A stretch of DNA of 24,000 nt from an uncultured archaeon (GTDB lineage: Archaea; Asgardarchaeota; Heimdallarchaeia; Heimdallarchaeales; Heimdallarchaeaceae), in the NCBI GenBank assembly GCA_964534625.1, contig CAZHRF010000001.1, positions 12,436 through 36,435 on the forward strand. The letters are read 5' to 3'. The notes under the pieces are model-generated. The model saw only the letters and a list, made by a program, of their open reading frames with translations, searched no databases and had not been told where the DNA came from. A program made the translations under genes and the position numbers. Positions 1 through 10,100 of this stretch are shown here, piece by piece (positions within the stretch are counted from its first letter, which is position 1; every line of letters starts with the position of its first letter).

Positions 1-120
1 AGGCAAATTATGTGTAACTATAAGGCCACAAACGAGTACAATCGTTGGGAATGTATTTGTGGTGTTAATACTGTTTTAATTTATGTTAATAAGGTTATGC
101 GAGCCGTACAGAATAATAGA

Positions 121-1599
<1,479 letters not shown>

Positions 1600-1612
1600 A
1601 TGTTTGGAATAA

Positions 1613-1642
1613 AAGTTCAAGAGGTCATCTGACCTTTGAACT
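1613..1642 (+). other. Strong hairpin in the 16S 3' trailer
   Basis: AAGTTCAA(G)AGGTC / GACCTTTGAACTT forms 13 bp with one bulged G and a 4-nt loop, 14 nt after the 16S 3' end. It lies inside the 16S flanking stem (108-121 pairs with 1677-1690), and a T6 run follows at 1693-1698. Confidence 0.6.
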
Positions 1643-1832
1643 TCCATTCCCTTATTATTACAATATTTGCTTAGGGTTCTTGTATTCTGTGGTTTTTTGA
1701 TTAAAAATTATTTCTTCAATTTTTTGACTTTTTATTCTCTTGTTGTTTTTATTAGTTTTTTATAGTATTCTTTTCTTCATATTTCTTCATCTTTCCATAA
1801 AAATTATTATAGAGAACGTTTTAACTTTAATT

Positions 1833-2234
1833 ATGAACTTTCAATCATCTCTCCCCACTCTAATTAAACAAGCAAAAAAAGCCTATTCTTTGGCTTTTGC
1901 GCCTTATAGTAATTTTAAAGTTGGAGCTGCTTTACTGACAGAAGATGGAAACATTTATTCTGGTTGTAATGTTGAATTTGCAGATTATTTAGTTTTACAT
2001 GCTGAGTTAAACGCAATTGGGTCTGCAGTAACTTCAGGCGAAACTAGTTTTGTAGCTATGGTTATTTATTCTAATCGCGAACCTCCTGTTCTCCCTTGTG
2101 GTTCTTGTAGACAAAAAATTTATGAATTTTCGGCTCTTCATAATACTGATATTAGAGTTATTGCTATTAATAATAATACTCAGATAAGTTCTTCGATAAA
2201 AACGCTTTTACCTGATGCAGATATTTTTAATTGA
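1833..2234 (+). CDS. cdd: Cytidine deaminase (small CDA-type zinc deaminase)
   Basis: Zinc-ligand motifs LHAELNAI (H/C-A-E) and PCGSCRQKIYE (PCxxCRQ). 133 aa from the ATG at 1833, which fits tetrameric CDA size. The track ORF starts at TTG 1740, but that extension is a low-complexity F/I/L-rich read-through of the AT-rich promoter region. Confidence 0.8.
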   Translation: MNFQSSLPTLIKQAKKAYSLAFAPYSNFKVGAALLTEDGNIYSGCNVEFADYLVLHAELNAIGSAVTSGETSFVAMVIYSNREPPVLPCGSCRQKIYEFSALHNTDIRVIAINNNTQISSSIKTLLPDADIFN

Positions 2235-2277
2235 TTTTTTAAAGTATTAAACACTTAAACGAAATCTACTTTTATGT

Positions 2278-2424
2278 TTATTCTATTACTTTATAATTCA
2301 TACAATTAGCACATAACCAGAAATCCTTCACTTCTTTCAATTCTATATCATCTGGAAGATAATCGTGTTTTTTGATCATTGTTCCCCCACATTTTGGACA
2401 TTTTTTTACATTTTCGTCATTCAT
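2278..2424 (-). CDS. Small zinc-ribbon protein, 48 aa (hand-translated, below the ORF-track cutoff)
   Basis: Minus-strand ATG at 2424-2422 to TAA at 2280-2278: MNDENVKKCPKCGGTMIKKHDYLPDDIELKEVKDFWLCANCMNYKVIE. Two CxxC pairs (CPKC ... CANC) are typical of a zinc ribbon. A TTTATA-like box (plus coordinates about 2455-2461) sits about 30 nt upstream. Confidence 0.45.
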   Translation of the reverse strand: MNDENVKKCPKCGGTMIKKHDYLPDDIELKEVKDFWLCANCMNYKVIE

Positions 2425-2494
2425 TTGTTTTCACGAGATAATATTGAATACCACTATAAATTATTTCTGCATCTTAAGTTTTTTTCCTTCCTTA

Positions 2495-2532
2495 GTAGTT
2501 ACAAAATAGTACTGTAGTTACAAAATAGTACT
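2495..2532. repeat. Perfect tandem direct repeat, 2 x 19 nt (GTAGTTACAAAATAGTACT)
   Basis: Units at 2495-2513 and 2514-2532 are identical. Each contains the AGTACT palindrome core. The repeat lies in the divergent intergenic region between the zinc-ribbon ORF (minus) and the GC-rich RNA (plus). Confidence 0.9.
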
Positions 2533-2624
2533 CTATTTGTATGATTTTTGTGATGAGTTTTTTAGGCAGTTTTAGGAACTTACCTAAAAATGTAGCACTT
2601 CACCCAACTGGCAACGTGACGAAG

Positions 2625-3021
2625 AGGAACATGATGTACCTGTAGTCAAGGAGTATACGAGAAGAATCCGGGAACAAAAGGACATACTGGTCCTGTGGCG
2701 ATAGAAGCACAGATGATACGGACAAGGCTAAATGGCACGACCTTAGCGCCCGTAAGCGGGTTCATTGCACTATTGACCCTGGGACTCATGGGTGGCCCAA
2801 CTAGGTTTAGTCAGTCATCCTTAGGAAGACTACCACCTCCAGGGCGACAGACTGGTCATTCACGGAGAAGAACCAGAAACTGTCTGGTACTGCGACCAAT
2901 GGCCGAGTACGGTGAAAGAACGGTATAAAGAGAGGGGGAAATAAGAGTGAGAATGAAGGTCTTTAATCGTTGAATACTTGGCCATAATTACATAGTTAAC
3001 AAACCGCCTGGCTATGTTCTT
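2625..3021 (+). ncRNA. GC-rich structured RNA, candidate RNase P RNA (SRP RNA is the alternative)
   Basis: A sharp GC-rich island in AT-rich DNA with many local helices.
- Terminal helix AGGAACAT (2625-2632) pairs with ATGTTCTT (3014-3021), 8 bp.
- CR-I-like GAGAAGAATCCGGGA (consensus GAGGAAAGUCCGGGC), beginning about 2660.
- CR-V-like ACAAACCGCCTGGCTAT (2998-3014; E. coli ACAGAACCCGGCUUAU) directly abuts the terminal helix, as expected for P4-P1.
- Adjacent hairpins GCTAA..TTAGC and GCCCGtaagCGGGT resemble P8/P9.
- The proposed P4 pairing has an A-C mismatch and CR-II/III placement is unclear, so the identity is tentative. That it is a structured RNA is more secure (about 0.75). Confidence 0.45.
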
Positions 3022-3469
3022 GGCACCATTTAAGTCAGCATGGCATAGGCTAAAATTTTCTTTAAGTGGATGGAATCCTTAAATGTTTTCTTAATTCGGA
3101 TTAGTACTATTACTAAAGCTAATTATGAATAAAAATCTGTTTTTTTACCATACGTCTTCTAGCGGGTGTAGAACAAACCAAGATTATAACATTTATACTA
3201 AAATAGAGCGTTTTGTAACAAACACAAATAAGGTGATGAATAAAAATGCCATAAGCATTAAGGTTCTATGAAAATGGAATTTGAGAGAAAAAAAAGATTG
3301 TGTGGAAAATATGCTGTGATTCAGTTTTAAAGCTTCCAATTAAGTAATGGAGTTTTCACATATTCAGAGCGTAACCTTCTTAAACACAACAATGCTTTAT
3401 CTCGTGTTTGATATATCTAGGTATGTCTGATTTAAATTAACAAGTATATACCTAGTTTATTGATGTAAA

Positions 3470-5377
3470 TTGAAGGTGAATATATTGAATCTTGAACAAT
3501 GGATCAACGAAAAAGATTTACAAAAACTTGAATCTCTTAATAATGAAAAAATTATGAAAGTAATCCATGATTTTTTATCCCTCTGTAAACCAAAAGAAGC
3601 TAAAGTAATAGATGACTCAAAAGAAGACATTGCTTCTGTTCGTCAATTAGCTATTAAAAATAGTGAAGAGCAGCAGTTGAAAATGGAAGGACATACGATA
3701 CATTTTGATGGTTTTTATGACCAAGCTAGGGACAAAAAAAACACTTGTATTTTAATTGATCCTGAAGAAAAGGATAAGTATGGTCCTCATCTTAATACAC
3801 TTCCTAGAACTGAAGGTTTAGATGAAATTTTAAATATCATGGATGGTTGTATGAAGAACAAAATTGCTCTAATCAGATTTTTCTGTTTAGGACCAACTAA
3901 CTCTTCATTCTCTCAATGTGCACTCCAAATTACTGATTCTGCTTATGTTGCTCATTCTGAAGACTTATTATATAGACGAGGATATGAAGAATTTAAAAGG
4001 CTTAAGGATCCTAATGATTTTTTTTATTTTATTCATTCAGCTGGTGAGTTGACCGATGCAAATGTCACTAAGAATGTAGATAAAAGGCGTATTTATGTTG
4101 ATTTACAAGAAAATCGTGTTCTTTCTGTAAATAATCAATATGCAGGTAATAGTCTTGGATTAAAGAAGCTTGCACTTCGATTGGCTATTAATAAAGCTAT
4201 TTACAATGGATGGTTAACTGAACACATGTTTATTTCTGGTATTCATTCTCCATTCAAAGAAAGAAAAAGTTATTTTTTGGGTGCATTTCCAAGTGCATGT
4301 GGAAAAACTTCTACTGCCATGGTACCTGGGAATACTATAGTTGGAGACGATATTGCATATCTTCGTTTAGATAATAAGAATATCCCAAAAGCTGTGAATA
4401 TTGAAAGTGGTATATTTGGAATTATAAAAGATGTTAATCCTAAAGATGACCCTGTTATATATAATACTCTCACTACAGAAAATGAATTGATATTTTCAAA
4501 TGTTTTGATTAATGATGGAACCCCCTATTGGATTGGAATGGGAGATCAAGTAGATATTCCCCAAAAAGGAACGAATTGGTCTTCATCTTTATTAGGTGAG
4601 TGGTATAAAGGAAAAAAAGGTCCAGATGGTAATGAATTACCCCCATCCCATCCAAATGCTAGATATACTATAAAAATTGAAGATCTTGAGAACTTTGATG
4701 AAACTTTACATGATCCCGAAGGCGTAATTGTTTCAGGAATTATTTATGGTGGTAGAGATTCTGATACTTCAGTACCTGTTTTTGAGTCATTTGATTGGGA
4801 ACATGGAGTTTACGTAGGTGCAACAATTGAATCCGAAACTACTTCTGCGACATTAGGTAAAACTGGTGTAAGAAAGCATAATCCAATGGCAAACCTTGAT
4901 TTCATTGTTGTTCCTCTTGGTGATTATATCAAGTCTCATCTAGATTTTGGAAAGAAAATACCTGATGACAATAGACCATGTATATTTTCAACTAACTATT
5001 TCTTGAAAGATGAAGATGGTCAATATTATGATGAAATTCTTGACAAGAAAGTTTGGTTATCTTGGGCAGAAGGGAGATATCATGGCGATTATGAAGCAAT
5101 TGAAACACCTATAGGTTACCTTCCAAAATATGAGGACTTAGTAGATCTTTTTCAAAACATTTTTGATAAACCATATGATAAAAAAAGATACCAAAAGGAA
5201 TTTTCTATAAGAGTTGATAAATTCCTCGAAAAATGTGATAGAATTGAAGAAAGTTTCAAACACGAGAACCTCCCCAATGAATTTTATACCCAGCATGACC
5301 TTCAGAAAAAAAGATTGTTAGATATAAAGAAAAAATATAACAAATCTATAATCTTTCCTTCCGATTTTATCAAATAG
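3470..5377 (+). CDS. pckG: Phosphoenolpyruvate carboxykinase (GTP)
   Basis: 635-aa ORF with the GTP-PEPCK kinase-1a P-loop FPSACGKTS, plus GDDIAYL, NARYT and GGRDSDT-type blocks. The start is uncertain: TTG 3470, GTG 3476, or in-frame TTG 3485. The last is preceded by the SD-like AAGGTGA (3473-3479). Confidence 0.9.
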   Translation: MKVNILNLEQWINEKDLQKLESLNNEKIMKVIHDFLSLCKPKEAKVIDDSKEDIASVRQLAIKNSEEQQLKMEGHTIHFDGFYDQARDKKNTCILIDPEEKDKYGPHLNTLPRTEGLDEILNIMDGCMKNKIALIRFFCLGPTNSSFSQCALQITDSAYVAHSEDLLYRRGYEEFKRLKDPNDFFYFIHSAGELTDANVTKNVDKRRIYVDLQENRVLSVNNQYAGNSLGLKKLALRLAINKAIYNGWLTEHMFISGIHSPFKERKSYFLGAFPSACGKTSTAMVPGNTIVGDDIAYLRLDNKNIPKAVNIESGIFGIIKDVNPKDDPVIYNTLTTENELIFSNVLINDGTPYWIGMGDQVDIPQKGTNWSSSLLGEWYKGKKGPDGNELPPSHPNARYTIKIEDLENFDETLHDPEGVIVSGIIYGGRDSDTSVPVFESFDWEHGVYVGATIESETTSATLGKTGVRKHNPMANLDFIVVPLGDYIKSHLDFGKKIPDDNRPCIFSTNYFLKDEDGQYYDEILDKKVWLSWAEGRYHGDYEAIETPIGYLPKYEDLVDLFQNIFDKPYDKKRYQKEFSIRVDKFLEKCDRIEESFKHENLPNEFYTQHDLQKKRLLDIKKKYNKSIIFPSDFIK

Positions 5378-5605
5378 CATCTTAATTTGTCAATGAATAT
5401 AGTAGCCTTTAAAATTAGGCTCTATTATTTATTTTTTATACAAAATTCAAAAACTCTAATCTCATAAATGGTGTCTCGAATATTTAACGTACCGATTAAA
5501 ATGATCAAAACGTACACAGCAAAATTTTGAAACGTTTCATTTTTCTATTGAAATAATAAAGGTAAAAATATTTTTTAATGGTTGAATTTATTGTAGATTG
5601 ATAAT

Positions 5606-6133
5606 ATGACTGTTTTATGGAAACAACTAGAAACTGGTCCAAATCCACCTGAAGAGATTTATTGTATAATTGAAAATCCAAAAAATAATAAAAATAAATA
5701 TGAAATGAGTAAAGATGGTATAATTTATTTAGACCGGGTTTTACATTCCTCTGTTCATTTTCCTGGTGATTATGGATTAATCCCCCAAACGTATTATGAG
5801 GATGGTGATCCTCTTGATGTATTGGTCCTAATAACTGAACCAACATTTCCTGGTTGTGTGTTAATGGCGCGTCCTATTGGTGTTTTAAAGATGAAAGATG
5901 AGAAGGGATCTGATGATAAAATTTTAGCTGTAGCTTCTAATGATCCTTTATATATGAAGGTTCACTCTTTGAATGATATTTATCCTCATACAATAATTGA
6001 AATCGCTGAGTTTTTTAGAAGCTACAAAGGTCTTGAACCTTCAAAAAAAACTGAGGTTAAAGGTTGGGAATCTAAAGAAGCTGCTCTAAAAACGATAGTT
6101 GATTCAATGAAATTATATAATGAGCTATTTTAA
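5606..6133 (+). CDS. ppa: Inorganic pyrophosphatase, family I
   Basis: 175 aa with family I PPase blocks: YEMSKDG...LDRVL, FPGDYGLIPQT, EDGDPLDVLVL, DDKILAV. The antisense ORF 5505-5846 is an artefact. Confidence 0.92.
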   Translation: MTVLWKQLETGPNPPEEIYCIIENPKNNKNKYEMSKDGIIYLDRVLHSSVHFPGDYGLIPQTYYEDGDPLDVLVLITEPTFPGCVLMARPIGVLKMKDEKGSDDKILAVASNDPLYMKVHSLNDIYPHTIIEIAEFFRSYKGLEPSKKTEVKGWESKEAALKTIVDSMKLYNELF

Positions 6134-7040
6134 GGATAGCGCCTTATGCTTTCAATTTTTAAAATCTATAATTATTAAATCGAAACACACGATGAATAGT
6201 TCTGATATACTCACTATATGCTTAATCCATCTTATTCTTAACCAAATGTCTTTTTTTAATAATGATCCCTTCATTGTTTGATTTATTGAGACTCAATCAG
6301 AACTAATAATGACTTAATATCCAGTTACAAGACGTGTACTTGGTATAGGAGCCACTATACAATATATCAAGCAAGGTATAGTGTATCAACTATTCATTGA
6401 AACATAGTAAAAATGCATCTAGGCCTCACTCAACCTAACAAACGTAAATTTTTCAAAAGTTTAAAAAAAAGTATAAAAAAACATTAAGGTTTTTATAGTT
6501 TTCCTATACCATACTTTAATCTATAGGAACTAATGTAAAAGGACTTTGTCCGTCATGTCCATCATTTCTATGAGGACCATCGAATTTAGCTTTCATTTTG
6601 ATTTCACCCAATTTTTATTGGTAATTGAATAATAGAAGAAACATTCAAGATACCAACAGAAAAAAAGTGACAGTACATATGTAGAAATTATAGCTAGTTG
6701 GATTAAATCATAGTTGAAACAATCAAAGGAATCATAGAACAATATCTTTTTATCTTAGGCGAGATAAGTAAATATACGAACATCAAGTTCGTAAATTCTG
6801 ATATCTTACTTTAACCAGTAAGAAAATATTAATTTAAAATATTCATATCAATATGTATTTGTTGTTGATAATTGGTGTTTATGATCAAAACTCAAAGTAT
6901 AGTGGTAGTAATTTATATACTTACTTGAAAAAGTTAATGAACACTAATTTTATATATGTAACAAAAACAACAAAGAATGCATATAAGATTAGTATCAAAT
7001 CACCTCCTAGGATGAAAATCCACTAGTAATTACAATATCA

Positions 7041-7091
7041 AACTAGTTAGCTAACAAGAACTCTCCAAATAGGCGAAAACTGAATTATTAC
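7041..7091 (+). other. 23S processing stem, 5' strand, with BHB half-site
   Basis: Pairs with 10489-10538.
- Outer helix 7041-7068 / 10511-10538: 28 positions with one G-U and one C-A.
- Central 4-bp helix GGCG (7072-7075) / TGCT (10501-10504).
- 3-nt bulge AAA (7076-7078).
- Inner helix ACTGAATtATTAC (7079-7091) / GTAATATTCAGT (10489-10500). Confidence 0.75.
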
Positions 7092-7108
7092 TATTTTAAA
7101 GTAACCTC

Positions 7109-10100
7109 AACTATGCATACGCCATGCAGTGGATGACTAGGCTAGGGTGCCGATGAAGGACGTGGTAAGCGGCGAAACGCTACGGGGAGGCGCATACAGC
7201 CATCGATCCGTAGGTCTCCGAATCGGATTTCCGGTTACAGTTGATAAGACTGTAACAACCAGTAATGGTGGGGAACGGCGGGAACCAAAACATTCAAGTA
7301 CCGCCAGGAAAAGAAAACAATCGTGATTCCGGTAGTAACGGCGAGTAAACCCGGAACAGGTCAAACCGAATGCCTATATTAATAATATGGGTGGATGTGG
7401 TGTTTTTGACTATCAAAGGATCGTCAGAGCTAAGTCGAAATAGCTTATGAAAGCTATGCCAAAGAAGGTAATAGCCCTGTAGACGTAAACTCTCGACCTG
7501 ATAGATTTCAAGATTAATGTGGCTTGGATTTGTCGCATGAATTTGGGAAAACTTAGTCCCAAACCTAAATACATCCCTAGACCGATAGCGAACTAGTAAC
7601 GTGAGTGAAAGTTGAAAAGTATTCGAAATACGAGAGTGAAAAGTCCCTGAAACTGTATGGTAACAGACGTGAATGGCTTAAAAGAGTAGATTCTGAGTGA
7701 AGGAAATCATTGTGAAGTGTGAGTACGAATTCAGAGGATCGAGGTCATTCGTTCCGTCTCGAAACACGGGCCGAGGAGTTTAAATCTGTGGCAAGACAAA
7801 ACATTAGTGGTGTCGTAGCGAAAGCAACCAGCACGCAGCCGTAAGGTCAGGTGCGACGTCCGACAAGGGCGTGAAGTCACAGGTTTAAGACCCGAAAGCA
7901 GTTGATCTATCCCTGGTCAAGATGAAGCGCTTCGAAAGGGGCGTGGAGGTCTGAAGAGGTATTGATATGCAATTCATTCTTCTGAATTGGGGATAGTGGC
8001 AAAAGACCAATCTAAACTGCTGATAGCTGGTTCCTCCCGAAGTATAACCACAGTATAGCGTCATTGGAGGTCGTATGTGCGGTAGAGCGACGGGTGGGGG
8101 TTTCCGTGGAGTGAAATCTGCGCGCCCCTTTCCAACTCCGAACTTGCATACACCATAGAAGATGATAGACGGGCGCATATCCGCAAGGGATATGGCCGAA
8201 AGGGGATCAACCCTACGATGGGTTAAGGGCCCTAAATCCCGGTTAAATGTTAAACAGAATGGCGTCCAACAGCGAAGACAATGAGGCGGTAAGCTTAGAA
8301 GCAGCTAACCGTTAAAAAAAGCGTAACAGCTTACTCATCGAGTTGTTGGGCCCAGAAAATGGACGGGGCTAAACCGGGTCCCGATACCTGTCCGGACTTC
8401 AAAAGAGTCTCGGGTAGGGAGGCGATCGGATTGGACAGAAGCTGGGAAGTGATTTCCAGTGGACCGTTCTGATTTGCAGATCTCGGCGGTAGTAGGAGCA
8501 TAGTGAGGTGGGAATCCTCATCGCCAAAAGCCCAAGGGTTCCTTGGCACTGTTCGTCAGCCAAGGGTTAGTCGGTCCTAAGGTGGAACTTAATACGACAA
8601 ACCGAAAGGGAAACAGGTTCATATTCCTGTACCATACGTATAGTCGCGGCAACGCAAGTTCCGAGCTGACACTAGTGGGTAGGTGGTCTAAAAATCAAAT
8701 TTTAGTTAAATCAAGAAATCTGGGAAGAACCGTTATGGTGAGAACCAGACGAATTGATGAATAGGCGAGCCATTGGTTGCTTGCTACCATTGATCCCAAT
8801 AGTCCGTGAAAAAGCGAAGAAAAATACGATTACGTATGACCGTACCCAGAACCGACACAGGTGTGGCTAGCTGAGAAGGCTAAGGCGTGTTAGGATAGTT
8901 TAGGTGAAGGAAATCGGCAAATTGGCCCCGTACCTTGGGTATAAGGGGTGCCTGGAAAGGTGAATGCCTTACCAGGTCGCAGTGACAAGGGGCACCCGAC
9001 TGTTTAATAAAAACATAGCAAACTGCAAGGGTGAAAACCTGTGTACAGTTTGTGAATCCTGGCCAGTGCAGGTGATTGAAACCGGGGTACAACTCGGCTA
9101 AGACCCTGTAAACGCCGGAGCTAACTATGAGCTTCTTAAGGTAGGCAAATGCCTAGTCTGCTAATTACAGACGTCCATGAAGGGACCAACGAGGTGCCCG
9201 CTGTCTCCACCTAAAACCTACTGAACCCACAGTCCAGCGAACAGTCTGGAACGCACCATCGGGAAGAGAAGACCCTGTGGAGCTTTACTGCTGTCAGGGG
9301 CTGTTATACTGGTGTGCATGCATAGAATAGTCAGGAGATGTTGATGGTGTGTTCTCCGGGACACACTGAAGTTGATCTTGAAATACTGACCATGTGCATT
9401 GGTATGACTTACCTCTTGCGAGGGGGACACCCCCTGCCTGGCAGTTTCACTGGGGCGGTAGCCTTTTGAAAAGATATCAAAAGGGCCCAAAGCCGAGCTC
9501 AACCGGGACAGAAATCCGGTGTAGAGTGCAAGGGCAAAAGCTCGGTTGACTGTGAATCCAATTAAACGGTTCGCAGATGTTAACGCAGGGCCTAGCGATC
9601 TTTCGCATTTGCCATATGTAGGCGGCGGAAGTGACAGAAAAGTTACCCCAGGGGTAACTGCACTTCTAAACGGAAGTGGCTTAAAAACTGGGTAACAATT
9701 ACATTTATTATCTTTCAAAAAGGTTTATCAAAAAGGCAAAAATTTTTGGGTCTTCCTAAACGATTTATATAGTGAGGAAATAGTCAAGTAACTTCAGTTA
9801 CAGGCCTATTGATTTGAGCAGATAGATTAACCTGATATTAAGAAACCATCAGAACACAGTAAAACTATAAGAGCCATTATTCCGTGAGTGAACGATAGAT
9901 AGGTTAAGAGATTGGTAACTTGCCTTTACAGGCCGACAACTGGTCTCTAATAACCGATGTGCAAAAATATTTTGTGCAAGTGCAGCCCTGAACAGAGTTG
10001 TCGTGGGTAAGAGTTCACATCGACCTCACGGCTTGCTACCTCGATGTCGGCTCTTCCTAGCTTGGTGGTGATTAAGCCACCAAGAGTGGGGTTGTTCGCC

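Noticed and set aside
1740-1832. N-terminal extension of cdd from TTG 1740
   Set aside because: The extension is a low-complexity F/I/L-rich read-through of AT-rich promoter DNA. The deaminase fold begins after the ATG at 1833.
2550-2625. Possible C/D-box sRNA (GTGATGA at 2550-2556, GTGACGA at 2616-2622)
   Set aside because: No CTGA D or D' boxes occur at the required spacing. The alternative hairpins TTTT(T)AGG/CCTAAAA(A) more likely belong to the leader or promoter of the downstream RNA.
2695-2928. 77-aa ORF inside the GC-rich island
   Set aside because: The translation is Arg/Gly/Pro/Thr-rich, with no start context and no motif. The region is better explained as a structured RNA.
4270-4473. 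Antisense or overlapping ORFs 4270-4473, 5505-5846, 12297-12485, 16609-16947, 17787-17984, 18740-18946, 19837-20070, 20445-20837, 20987-21196, 22729-23019 and 23311-23505
   Set aside because: Each lies opposite or within a longer ORF that has clear family motifs. Their translations are low-complexity or hydrophobic, as expected from AT-rich antisense frames.
6516-6596. 26-aa minus-strand ORF with an upstream GGTGA
   Set aside because: It is too short and lacks any motif. I keep it only as a note within the long non-coding spacer finding.
9657-9991. Group I intron at the L2449-like site
   Set aside because: There are weak R/S-like strings (CAGAACACAGTAAAACTATAAG; GATAGATAGGTT). However, no boundary choice that restores the conserved exon sequence gives both a U before the 5' splice site and a terminal G on the intron. 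The ends instead fold as a BHB. A covariance-model search would be needed to exclude group I fully.
9661-9999. Alternative 23S exon model: an 18-nt hairpin (9661-9678) and a 317-nt insert (9683-9999) around a 4-nt GCTT micro-exon
   Set aside because: GCTT would match the archaeal consensus CUGGCUUGU. But the model needs two excisions and leaves C opposite C at the base of helix 89. The single-BHB model gives the correct length and A-U/G-C closure with ...CTTGCT.
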